39,527 bases of DNA from Nitrospirae bacterium MYbin3 (GTDB lineage Bacteria; Nitrospirota; Thermodesulfovibrionia; Thermodesulfovibrionales; Dissulfurispiraceae), in the NCBI GenBank assembly GCA_002753335.1, contig PEAD01000008.1:62001-101527 (forward strand), written 5' to 3'. The notes under the pieces were generated by a model. It was not told the origin of the DNA. It was given only the letters and a program-made list of their open reading frames with translations, and did not search any database. The position numbers were made by a program, and so were the translations under genes. Positions 1 through 8,825 of the stretch are shown here, one piece after another; the first letter of the stretch is position 1, and the number at the start of each line of letters is the position of its first letter.

Positions 1-1337
1 TTGGACCAGCTATTTAAAATAAATTGCCTTCGGTCCTCATCATAATGGTAGATATACCCTATTTTGCTTTCGGTTAGTTTTATAGCTTCTGAAAGGGCAT
101 AGTCTAAAAAACTCTGCATGTTTTCCCATGGGTATTGCAAAATATTCACAAGACTGACAAGGCGAGTTCGGTTTTTGTTTTCTTCTTCTTCAGATCTTTT
201 TCGCTCGGTGACATCTCTGCAGGTAGAAAGAATAAATGACCTGTTCTGAGTCCGAACATAACAGGCATTTACTTCCGTAGGGATGACTTTGCCATCCTTG
301 GTGATATGTTCAGTATCGAAAATATAACTGCCGTATTCAGTTATTTTGGATATTCTCTCAGTCGCATACTGGGCATGTTCTGGGCTGTCTATTTGGGTCA
401 CATGCATTGAACGCAGTTCTTCTTTGTTATATTTATACCTGATGCAGACTACTTCGTTGACATCAATAATTTCACCTTTCTCGCCTACGATGAAAATAGC
501 GTCAGCAGATTTATCAAAAAGTGTGCGGAAATTTTCCTCGCTTGCTTTAAGATCTTCCTTTGCTTTTTCTTTTTCGAGAATCTCGGTCTCAAGGCTTTTT
601 GTCTTTTCCTTTACCCGCTGCCTCAGTCCGGTATTAAAGAAAAATAGCACAATTATCGCAAACAATCCTGAACCTACAGAACCTGTTAGCATAAACGCCA
701 TGTATGCTTCCTTTTCTATTGGAACTCTCATGGATTCAACAGCTCTTATTTCCCCGACCTTCTCATGAAATCCTCCCTCCAATGGATACAGTTTTCTCAA
801 TCCAATAGGCGCATCTTCAGGATTACCATGGCAACGCATGCAGCGCTGTTCATTTTTCAGAAAGGGAATTGCATAATACAAATATTTTTCACCTTTTACA
901 GTTACAACCTCTTCGTATTCTTTGACTGAGGGATTTTCATTGAAAAGTTTGATTAGTTTTGCCTCTCGCTCATCTGCTTTGTTAACAGGATTTCGGGGGT
1001 TGTTGGCCGCCATTTTGTAATAAATTGGTCTCATTCCGTCTTTTTGACGTTCTTCATTGTAAAGACCGTGCATTGTTCTAACTATGTAAGACGATGACAG
1101 AACTTGCGGATTGTAAAAATCCTTAGCAACGTATCCGTGATCCATAGCACTGAAAATGGCTGGATGCAATACTTTCTGAATGTATAAGTGAAAGCCTTTG
1201 TTCGATAATAATATGTTCATAATATCATCTTTAGCTTGGTGGATAAAGTATCTGTTGATTGCAATATGCAGGATTGCAGCAAAAATAATTGCTACAATTA
1301 ACGGCACTATAAGGAATTGTAAAATATTTCTCCTCAT
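1..1337 (-). CDS. Membrane sensor protein, 3' part outside window: TM, periplasmic heme-c (DUF3365/Tll0287-like) domain, TM, PAS, start of GAF; probably a histidine kinase or other signal-output protein
   Basis: Not in the ORF track. Hand translation from ATG at 1337 is open to the window edge: MRRNILQFLIVPLIVAIIFAAILHIAI (TM), YKMAANNPRNPVNKADERE, CMRCHG (CxxCH, 828-842), second TM, SEENFRTLFDKSADAIF...CRDVTERKRSEE (PAS/PAC), then FLDYALSEAIKLTESKIGYIYHY (GAF-like). Confidence 0.85.
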   Translation of the reverse strand, partial: MRRNILQFLIVPLIVAIIFAAILHIAINRYFIHQAKDDIMNILLSNKGFHLYIQKVLHPAIFSAMDHGYVAKDFYNPQVLSSSYIVRTMHGLYNEERQKDGMRPIYYKMAANNPRNPVNKADEREAKLIKLFNENPSVKEYEEVVTVKGEKYLYYAIPFLKNEQRCMRCHGNPEDAPIGLRKLYPLEGGFHEKVGEIRAVESMRVPIEKEAYMAFMLTGSVGSGLFAIIVLFFFNTGLRQRVKEKTKSLETEILEKEKAKEDLKASEENFRTLFDKSADAIFIVGEKGEIIDVNEVVCIRYKYNKEELRSMHVTQIDSPEHAQYATERISKITEYGSYIFDTEHITKDGKVIPTEVNACYVRTQNRSFILSTCRDVTERKRSEEEENKNRTRLVSLVNILQYPWENMQSFLDYALSEAIKLTESKIGYIYHYDEDRRQFILNSWS

Positions 1338-1343
1338 TGGTTA

Positions 1344-1372
1344 ATCATAAAATAATAAATATAGTTTTTCAA
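1344..1372 (-). promoter_or_regulatory. Putative sigma70 promoter of the sensor gene (leaderless arrangement)
   Basis: Minus strand TTGAAA-N17-TATGAT-N6-ATG; no Shine-Dalgarno. Confidence 0.55.
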
Positions 1373-1549
1373 TTGTTTTCTGTATGCAACGGTTAGACAT
1401 TTCTGAAGTTCCATATTTATGGTTGTAATATTGAGAAGATCCGATGCAGGTGAAGAACTGACAACATACAAAAGCCTTGATGACTTTTTCAAAAAATGGG
1501 CGCTTAATGCTTCAAGCAAAAACCTCCACGGGGAAAAGCTGTTGCCCCC

Positions 1550-2353
1550 TCAATGCGTTAGCCCGCCGAGTTCAATAAGATATTTTTTAAAAAGCTCCAG
1601 CCCAGCCAGATGCTTAGAATCAAACCCGTAATCAATAATCTTCCAGTAAGCAACTATATCCTGTTGCGGCATAAACAGCTTCGCAGTAGAGGCCTCTGCA
1701 ATCGCTTCAAGGTCTTCAAAAGCCTTGGTCTTAGCCTCATCAAGGCTTCTCAAAAAATCAGGGTAATGCGCTTGTTTAACAGACTCTTTTCTAGCAATCC
1801 ATAAGGCGAAAACAAACGGCAGTCCGGTATGTTCATTCCATATTTTACCGAGGTCATAAACTATCAAATCTTTATTTGTGATGCATGAAGAACCTGCTTT
1901 CAAAGCATCATCGCCGATAAGAAGAAACGCCTCTTTCCCCGAAAGCTCCGGCCTGTCTGAGCTTATCAAGCTGATTTTTTTTAAACAGTAAAACCTACGC
2001 AATACAATATCCAGAAGCGCAACCGAGGTTTCTGATTGTGATGAGACCGCAATCTCCGAGCCTTCAAGTTTTTCTATCGGCTTTCGCGAAAAAAATAGAA
2101 TGCTCAATACGGGCCCGTCTGCACTTATAGAATGTCCCGACACAATTTCGTATATGTCCGGATTCTTTAGATACTCGATTGAAGACGAAGGACTGATGTC
2201 GAGCAGACCTTCTCTAAGCATCCGGTTTAGGGTTGACGGCGGCCCCTCAACAAACTCATAGGACGAACATTCGCAATGGCGTTGAAGCGAAAAGAAGATT
2301 GGGAACAGATTTGTATAAGGAATCTTACCTATACGCAGCTTCGGAGAGTTCAT
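1550..2353 (-). CDS. mqnA: Chorismate dehydratase, futalosine menaquinone pathway
   Basis: LRIGKIPYTNLFPI, GPVLSILFFS, SETSVALL, LLIGDDAL, YDLGKIWNEHTGLPFVFALW motifs. Start reassigned to ATG 2353, which overlaps the rtcB stop (ATGA). Confidence 0.88.
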   Translation of the reverse strand: MNSPKLRIGKIPYTNLFPIFFSLQRHCECSSYEFVEGPPSTLNRMLREGLLDISPSSSIEYLKNPDIYEIVSGHSISADGPVLSILFFSRKPIEKLEGSEIAVSSQSETSVALLDIVLRRFYCLKKISLISSDRPELSGKEAFLLIGDDALKAGSSCITNKDLIVYDLGKIWNEHTGLPFVFALWIARKESVKQAHYPDFLRSLDEAKTKAFEDLEAIAEASTAKLFMPQQDIVAYWKIIDYGFDSKHLAGLELFKKYLIELGGLTH

Positions 2354-3798
2354 CCCTTGATAACCCCCAGAGGCTTCAACCGTGCCACCTTTCGCGAAAG
2401 TCCTGCGCCGCATACCACCTGAACCACATTGGAAATATCTTTATATGCCTCGGGCATCTCCTCAGCGAGAGTCTCCCTGCCTGCCGCCATAACAACGACG
2501 CCCCTATCCTCCATCTCCCGCCATATCTTGCGGCCCTTGGCTTGTTTAATAGCCTGGTTCCTCGACAGCACCCTGCCTGCACCGTGGCATGTCGAACCGA
2601 AAGTTGACAGCATCGCCTCTTCTTCGCCTAGAAGCACAAACGAAGCACGGCCCATATCGCCCGGGATAAGCACAGGCTGGCCAACATCTCTGTAAGCTTC
2701 CGGAAGCTCAGGATGCCCCGGAGGGAAAGCCCGCGTGCTGCCTTTTCGATGAACAATAAGTTTTCGCTTTTTGCCGTTGATTGTATGCTCTTCTATTTTT
2801 GCTATGTTATGCGCAACATCATAAACCAAAGACATGCCGAGATTTGAAGGCGAAATGCCCAAGAAGGACAAGAAAGTTTCGCGCGTCCAGTGCATAAGGC
2901 ATTGCCTGTTGGCCCAGGCATAGTTTGCGGCCGCCTTCATCGCTCCTAAATAATCCTGCGCCTCGGGGCTGTTGAACGGTGCGCATGCCAGCTCTTTGTC
3001 ATGCAGCGTTATGCCGTATTTTTTTGCGGCCTTTGTCATTATATCAAGAGACTCGGCGCAGACCTGATGGCCGAAGCCGCGCGAGCCTGTATGTATCATG
3101 ACCGTAACCTGTCCCTCAAAAAGCCCGAGCGCATTGGCCGCCTTATCATCATATATTGCGTCAACATACTGCAGTTCGAGAAAATGATTTCCCGATCCGA
3201 GAGTGCCCTGTTGGGACCTTCCGCGCTCAAAAGTTTTTTTGCTTATAACAGAAGGGTCTGCGCCTTCCATGCAGCCGTGAGATTCAATATTTGCAAGGTC
3301 AGACACCTCGCCCATTCCATGCTCAACAGCCCAGCGCGCGCCTTTTACAACCAGACTTTTTTCATCGTCGGAACCTAGCCGTATTTTCCCTTTTGATCCG
3401 ACCCCGGTGGGGATCTCATTGTAAAGAGCATTAACGAGTTCCTTTATGTGAGGCTGAATCTGTTTTTTATCGAGGTTGCTGCGCATAAGCCGCACCCCGC
3501 AGTTTATATCGTAGCCGACCCCGCCCGGAGATATAATTCCTTCCTGCATATCAAAAGCCGCGACCCCTCCGATTGTAAAGCCATAACCGGTGTGGATATC
3601 CGGCATAGCCAGCGCAGAGCCCACAATTCCGGGGAGCGTAGCCACATTGGCCACCTGCTCTATAGCCTGCGGCTCAAGCAACTCTTCAAGCGTTCTGTCC
3701 GCATAAATAATACCGTTCGTCCTCATCCCCTCCTTGTATCCTGCAGGGATTTCGATTCGGTTTTCGTCTAAGCGTCTAACTTTGTCAGGCAGCGGCAT
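2350..3798 (-). CDS. rtcB: RtcB family RNA 3'-phosphate/5'-OH ligase (long, archaeal-like type)
   Basis: MPDIHTGYGFTIGG, GYDINCG, GSGNHF, HTGSRG, YDVAHN, HRKGSTRAF, STCHGAGR. Start likely ATG 3798, preceded by GGAG. Confidence 0.95.
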   Translation of the reverse strand: MPLPDKVRRLDENRIEIPAGYKEGMRTNGIIYADRTLEELLEPQAIEQVANVATLPGIVGSALAMPDIHTGYGFTIGGVAAFDMQEGIISPGGVGYDINCGVRLMRSNLDKKQIQPHIKELVNALYNEIPTGVGSKGKIRLGSDDEKSLVVKGARWAVEHGMGEVSDLANIESHGCMEGADPSVISKKTFERGRSQQGTLGSGNHFLELQYVDAIYDDKAANALGLFEGQVTVMIHTGSRGFGHQVCAESLDIMTKAAKKYGITLHDKELACAPFNSPEAQDYLGAMKAAANYAWANRQCLMHWTRETFLSFLGISPSNLGMSLVYDVAHNIAKIEEHTINGKKRKLIVHRKGSTRAFPPGHPELPEAYRDVGQPVLIPGDMGRASFVLLGEEEAMLSTFGSTCHGAGRVLSRNQAIKQAKGRKIWREMEDRGVVVMAAGRETLAEEMPEAYKDISNVVQVVCGAGLSRKVARLKPLGVIKG

Positions 3799-4027
3799 TG
3801 GTTTCTCCGGAAACAAAAATAATATCTGAATATTTTAACAGTTTTTGGAAGACATGTTATCATCTCAAATTATTCACGTAAGGGCAAACGAACTGATATG
3901 AAGCGGGGAGAATAAGGCAGGGGAAGTTCTATCTAATCATTTTTCGATGCTCTTTTTGTTATAGTAAAACATCTTTGAATTTTACGGGGGAAATCTGAAC
4001 AAAAAATCGATCAACACCATATCTGAC

Positions 4028-5098
4028 TTGCTGCATAAAGCAGAGGGACTGCGCAAAAGCTCTGACTATAAAGCCGCACTTAGGCTCTACCAAGAGGCAT
4101 TCTCTCTAGCCCGAAAAGCTGGCGACCCGTATGCTGCACTTTCAACCGCAATCGCTCTCGGCGACACCTGCAGAATGATAGGCAGCTTTGAGGACGCAAT
4201 CGGGCATTATACTGAAGCGCTAGATCTTTGCCAAGCCTTGCAGGATCCTTTGGCCGAAGCCGACTGTCTTGTCGGAACAGGTCTTGCCCAAAGGGCGCTA
4301 GGACAATGGAAAACAGCCCTGAAAGATATCACTGCAGCTAGAACAATTTATAAAAAAGCGGGGGATGAAAAAGGCGTTATATTTTGCACATGGGCAGAGG
4401 CCGGCGTATGGCGCGTCGCAGGAGAAGTTGCAAAGGCATTAAAGCTGTTCGAGGCAGCGAGGCATGGGTTTGAGCGACTAGGCTTCAAATCAGGCATAGG
4501 TTATTCTTTATGCGGACTTGGCGGCAGCAATAGGGTTGCGGGCAGGTATGACAGATCAATGAAATACTACACAGAAGCCAATACGTTATTCCGACGTATA
4601 AAAGACAGCTTCGGGACAGCATATTCCCACTGCGGCATCGGCAATGCATACAGAATGGCCGAAGATTACCGCAATGCCCTGACCCACTTCGAAAAAGCAT
4701 CGCAGCTTTACGAAAAGATAGGCGATATCGTGAGCTATTCATATACCATCTGGAGTCTTGCTAATGTTCATATGCTGCACGGTGAATTTAAAGAAGCAGA
4801 AACGCTTTTAAAAAAATCCGAAAAGAATTTTGAAAAGACCAAAGACCCGCGCGGCCTTATTTATTGCGATATGACAAAAGCCGAAATAAAATTTCTCAAA
4901 GGCGATAAAATTTCATCCGAAAATCTGATCGCTGAAGCGCTTGATAAGGCTAAAAACTATGGCTTTAAACTCGAAGCCTGCCATGCAAAAGCGCTGTTAT
5001 GCGTTTTGAAAGGCAGGCCGCTCAAAAAAATCCGAGCCGACTACTCCAAAATCGGCGTGCGCTATTTTCCCTCTAAAATTCCTTCAAACATGCCATGA
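4028..5098 (+). CDS. Tetratricopeptide-repeat protein; start possibly CTG at 3995
   Basis: About 40-aa helical repeats (ALGDTCRMIGSFEDAIGHYTEAL; GIGNAYRMAEDYRNALTHFEKA); stop overlaps the next ATG. Confidence 0.85.
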   Translation: MLHKAEGLRKSSDYKAALRLYQEAFSLARKAGDPYAALSTAIALGDTCRMIGSFEDAIGHYTEALDLCQALQDPLAEADCLVGTGLAQRALGQWKTALKDITAARTIYKKAGDEKGVIFCTWAEAGVWRVAGEVAKALKLFEAARHGFERLGFKSGIGYSLCGLGGSNRVAGRYDRSMKYYTEANTLFRRIKDSFGTAYSHCGIGNAYRMAEDYRNALTHFEKASQLYEKIGDIVSYSYTIWSLANVHMLHGEFKEAETLLKKSEKNFEKTKDPRGLIYCDMTKAEIKFLKGDKISSENLIAEALDKAKNYGFKLEACHAKALLCVLKGRPLKKIRADYSKIGVRYFPSKIPSNMP

Positions 5099-5634
5099 CC
5101 GTTTTCAATCTGCCAAACAGCATAACCTTTGTAAGAATAATTCTTTTGCCAGTTTTTGTTATAGCAATGGTTTACAAGAGATATGATGCGGCTTTAGCTC
5201 TTTTTGTTATCGCCAGCATTTCGGACGCGCTTGACGGGCTGCTGGCAAGAATGACCAATCAGAAAACAGCGCTCGGAGCCTTTCTGGACCCGCTCGCAGA
5301 CAAAATACTCATGACAACATCATTCATCATGTTTTCGATATTCGGCCTCTTGCCTACATGGCTGACCATAACCGTAATCAGCCGCGACCTCATCGTCACA
5401 ATCGGCTGGTTTTTGCTGAACATGATTTACAATATTTCCAAAATCGAACCGCTTTTTACAGGCAAGGCTGCCAATGCCTCACAGCTTATTCTTATCGCCT
5501 ACATTTTGTTTTCTATTAATCTGAATGTCGATTCAACACCGCATCCGTGGATGCTGCTGGTTGTGGCTTCGCTGACAATAGTTTCGGGGTGCCAGTACAC
5601 CTATAGGGGACTTAGGCAGGCAAGTGAAAAATAA
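5095..5634 (+). CDS. pgsA: CDP-alcohol phosphatidyltransferase (PgsA-like)
   Basis: NLPNSITFVR and SDALDGLLAR...LGAFLDPLADK signature; hydrophobic. Confidence 0.85.
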   Translation: MTVFNLPNSITFVRIILLPVFVIAMVYKRYDAALALFVIASISDALDGLLARMTNQKTALGAFLDPLADKILMTTSFIMFSIFGLLPTWLTITVISRDLIVTIGWFLLNMIYNISKIEPLFTGKAANASQLILIAYILFSINLNVDSTPHPWMLLVVASLTIVSGCQYTYRGLRQASEK

Positions 5635-6922
5635 ATCCGGCGCATGCATCGAACAGGTGCTGAGCGGCAGCCCTGCAGAAAAATCAGGGCTGAAAAGCGG
5701 CGATATCATAACGTCAATAAACGGCCACCCTGCACATGACAGCATAGACCTGATGTTTCACAGCGGCGAGCCAGAAATGAGGCTGTCTGTTTTGCGGAAC
5801 GGCTCCAGACAAAATTTTTACATTGGCATCGAAGAAGGCGCCGGTAATCCCGGAATAATCCTTGAACAGTTCCCGGTCAAGACCTGCAGGAACAACTGCA
5901 TCTTCTGCTTTGTTTCGCAGCTTCCACGCGGCCTGCGCAAGCCCCTTTATGTAAAAGATGAAGATTACCGAATGTCTTTTTTATACGGCAATTATATTAC
6001 TTTGACCAATCTTTCGGATTCGGACAAGGCAAGGATAATAACCCAACGGCTGAGCCCTCTTTATATTTCTGTTCACTCAACCGATGACAGAATAAGAAGG
6101 AAGATGCTCGCAAATACCAAAGCTGCAGACATAATTGCAGAGCTGAAATTTTTCGCAAAACATCGGATAAAAATGCATGTCCAGATAGTGCTCTGCCCCG
6201 GATATAACGATGGAAAAGAACTCGAAAAAACAATTCGCGATCTGGCCAAACTCTTCCCTCATATCATGTCTATAGCTGTTGTGCCTGTGGGGCTTACCCT
6301 GCACCGAAGAAAACCGCTGCAGCCGGTTGATAAAGATGCTGCCCTGTTGGCGCTCGATACTATTGGAGAGTTTCAGGAAAAATTTCTGCACAAATATGGT
6401 GAGCGCCTTGTCTTTGGAGCTGATGAGCTTTACATCAAGGCCGGCAAGCGCTTTCCAACATTGGAGGAATACGAAGAGCTTTATCAAATCGAGAATGGAG
6501 TTGGGCTGGTGCCGCTGTTTATAAATGAATCAAAGCGCCTGCGACTTACTAAAATAAAAACGAAAAGACGTTTTGCGACCTTTACCGGCAGATCTTTTTA
6601 TCCCTATCTTGCAAAACTTATATCTCGAATTAGAAAAGCAGGTGTTGACATTGAGCTCAGGGCTGTAGAAAATAAGTTCTTCGGCAGCAGTGTAACCGTC
6701 ACAGGTCTTTTGACAGGAAAAGATATAGTGCAAACTTTTTTGGATAAAGCAGGGAATTTTGACATTCTGCTGATACCGGATGTTGTTTTGAGAGAGGGCG
6801 ACGATGTTTTTCTGGATAATATCATGCTGAAAGATTTGGCAGCCGGACTTGGAGTTAGAACCGCAGTGATAGACTCTACTCCAAATGGCCTTGTAAATGC
6901 GTTAAACGAGTTTCAGAGATGA
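5624..6922 (+). CDS. PDZ + radical-SAM-like Fe-S protein, DUF512 family
   Basis: N-terminal PDZ (SPAEKSGLKSGDIITSING), CRNNCIFC (CxxxCxxC), LYVKDEDYRMSFLYGNYITLTN, QIENGVGL, VTVTGLLTGKD. Confidence 0.88.
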   Translation: MKNKSGACIEQVLSGSPAEKSGLKSGDIITSINGHPAHDSIDLMFHSGEPEMRLSVLRNGSRQNFYIGIEEGAGNPGIILEQFPVKTCRNNCIFCFVSQLPRGLRKPLYVKDEDYRMSFLYGNYITLTNLSDSDKARIITQRLSPLYISVHSTDDRIRRKMLANTKAADIIAELKFFAKHRIKMHVQIVLCPGYNDGKELEKTIRDLAKLFPHIMSIAVVPVGLTLHRRKPLQPVDKDAALLALDTIGEFQEKFLHKYGERLVFGADELYIKAGKRFPTLEEYEELYQIENGVGLVPLFINESKRLRLTKIKTKRRFATFTGRSFYPYLAKLISRIRKAGVDIELRAVENKFFGSSVTVTGLLTGKDIVQTFLDKAGNFDILLIPDVVLREGDDVFLDNIMLKDLAAGLGVRTAVIDSTPNGLVNALNEFQR

Positions 6923-7758
6923 TTAAAGGCACAACAAAAATAATCGGCATATTCGGCTATCCTGTGGAGCACACAAAATCACCGGCCATGCACAACGCCG
7001 CTTTTGAGCATTTAGGCCTTGATTATTGCTATGTGCCTTTTTCTGTAAAGCCTGAAGGCCTCAAAGCCGCAGTGGACGGGATTCGGGCATTCGGCCTTGC
7101 CGGCGTTAATATTACGGTTCCCCACAAAGAAACGGTGCTGCCCTTTCTTGATAAGTTGAGTGAAGAAGCGTCATTTATTGGCGCGGTAAACACAGTTAAA
7201 AATGAGAACGGGATCCTTACGGGCTATAACACAGACGGAATCGGGTTCATGCGGTCGCTCGAAGAGAAGGGCGTGCAGGCCAAGGGCAAAAAAGTACTCA
7301 TCCTTGGAGCGGGCGGTGCAGCACGGGCCGTGGGCTATGCCTTATGCAAAGAGTCCTTCGAATGTCATATCTACAACAGAACCGTAGAAAAAGGAATTGC
7401 GCTTTGCGGACATCTTGCAAAAGCGGGTGGAAAAGTTCGCATGGCTGATAATGATTCTATAAATGACAAAGTTTTTTTGTCCGAAATGGATATACTCATA
7501 AACACAACTTCTGTGGGGCTTGCTGAATCAGATGCGCCTCTTCTAAAAACCTCCCTGCTTGCCCCCGGACAAATTGTCTGCGACCTTATTTATAAGCAGA
7601 CATCTTTTTTAAAGGAGGCATCAAAAGCAGGATGCGTAACAATGAACGGCCTTGGAATGCTTCTCTGGCAAGGAGCTGCAGCATTTGAGATATGGACAGC
7701 AGCAAAAGCGCCTGTCGAAATTATGCGAAAAGCCCTCGAAAAAAATTTGTTGGGATAA
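6919..7758 (+). CDS. aroE: Shikimate dehydrogenase
   Basis: HTKSPAMHN, NITVPHKE, GAVNT, GYNTDGIGF, GAGGAARA, GLGMLLWQG. Confidence 0.95.
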   Translation: MIKGTTKIIGIFGYPVEHTKSPAMHNAAFEHLGLDYCYVPFSVKPEGLKAAVDGIRAFGLAGVNITVPHKETVLPFLDKLSEEASFIGAVNTVKNENGILTGYNTDGIGFMRSLEEKGVQAKGKKVLILGAGGAARAVGYALCKESFECHIYNRTVEKGIALCGHLAKAGGKVRMADNDSINDKVFLSEMDILINTTSVGLAESDAPLLKTSLLAPGQIVCDLIYKQTSFLKEASKAGCVTMNGLGMLLWQGAAAFEIWTAAKAPVEIMRKALEKNLLG

Positions 7759-7780
7759 TTTTTCCTTTTTTGTCAAGCGC

Positions 7781-7795
7781 TGGCATGTAATTTGC
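7781..7795 (+). promoter_or_regulatory. Sigma54 -24/-12 element upstream of the lptCAB-rpoN operon
   Basis: TGGCATGTAATTTGC, with GG-N10-GC spacing and both TGGCA and TTGC half-sites. Confidence 0.6.
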
Positions 7796-7796
7796 C

Positions 7797-7825
7797 TTTA
7801 CAACCCCTCCTGTCTGTGTTAAACT
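7797..7825 (+). promoter_or_regulatory. Sigma70 promoter with extended -10 for lptC (leaderless arrangement)
   Basis: TTTACA-N17-TAAACT with TG at 7817-7818; ATG follows after 6 nt. Confidence 0.6.
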
Positions 7826-7831
7826 TTTTAC

Positions 7832-8338
7832 ATGCGCAAGCTGCTGTTTCTGCTCGCAACATTTTTTTTCCTGGGGGTTACCGGCTTTTATCTGAGTCAG
7901 GACTTCGGCATGAAGCCTAAAATAAGCCTAGGTGACCAGTCGTATATGGATGAAATCAGTATAACCCAGAAAAAAGATGGCGCCGTAAAATGGGCGCTCA
8001 GCGCTAAACGTGCAGAGTTTTTAAATAATTCTGACGTTAAGCTTAATGATTTGAAAATCTTGTTCCCCGAAAAAGGGCTGACGCTCACCTCAGAAGGCGG
8101 TATGTACAATATTGAAGATAAAAATCTCGAAATCTCGGGGCATATAAACGCCTCCACAAAAGACTACGAGATTGTGGCTGCAAAGCTGTACTGGGATGCT
8201 GCAAAAAATGAGCTTGTTTCGGATGACAAGGTAAAAATTGTGGGCAAGAAATTCGCTGTTGAAGGCGACAGGCTGATAGCCACAAAAGATAGGGCAAAAC
8301 TAAACAGCAATGTAAAGGCGGTGTTCGGTGGAAAATAA
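7832..8338 (+). CDS. lptC: LPS export protein LptC
   Basis: Single N-terminal TM followed by beta-rich sequence; position before lptA/lptB. Confidence 0.8.
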   Translation: MRKLLFLLATFFFLGVTGFYLSQDFGMKPKISLGDQSYMDEISITQKKDGAVKWALSAKRAEFLNNSDVKLNDLKILFPEKGLTLTSEGGMYNIEDKNLEISGHINASTKDYEIVAAKLYWDAAKNELVSDDKVKIVGKKFAVEGDRLIATKDRAKLNSNVKAVFGGK

Positions 8339-8825
8339 CAGCAGCAAAACATCACTAAAAATCATGCTTCTTATCATGGGCCTAATTGTTTTTTATTTGC
8401 CGCAGACTGAAGCGCAGGATAAAAAAACTGTTAAAGAGGCTACGGTCATCACAGCCCAGACTCTTACCACAGACAGCAAGGCAAAGACCGCACTGTTTGA
8501 AGGATCGGTCATCGCCAAGAAGGGGGACATGACTCTTTTTGCAGACAAAATGCTCGTTTATTATACAGATGAAAAAAGCTCAAGCAATATTAAAAAAATA
8601 GATGCTGATGGAAATGTGAAGGTTGTTAAAGGAGAAAAAGTTATAACCTCGTCCGCAGCAACATATCTTGCAGAACCGCAGGAAAAGATTATTTTTAGCG
8701 GATCTCCTAGGGCATCCGAAGGCGAGAATGTTGTAACCGGCGCCAAGATGACATACTTTTTAAAAGACGATCATTCCATTGTAGAAAACAGCAAGGTTAT
8801 TCTCGTCAATAAAAAACAGGAATAA
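8328..8825 (+). CDS. lptA: LPS transport periplasmic protein LptA/OstA
   Basis: Signal peptide; ALFEGSVIAKKGDMTLFADKM, ADGNVKV; context. Confidence 0.85.
   Translation: MENNSSKTSLKIMLLIMGLIVFYLPQTEAQDKKTVKEATVITAQTLTTDSKAKTALFEGSVIAKKGDMTLFADKMLVYYTDEKSSSNIKKIDADGNVKVVKGEKVITSSAATYLAEPQEKIIFSGSPRASEGENVVTGAKMTYFLKDDHSIVENSKVILVNKKQE

Noticed and set aside
346..768. 140-aa plus-strand ORF, and the many other short antisense or alternate-frame ORFs in the track
   Set aside because: They lie opposite or within well-supported genes and lack motifs or ribosome-binding sites.
1334..1519. 61-aa minus-strand ORF upstream of the sensor
   Set aside because: No recognisable motif, and it runs across the predicted AT-rich promoter of the sensor gene.
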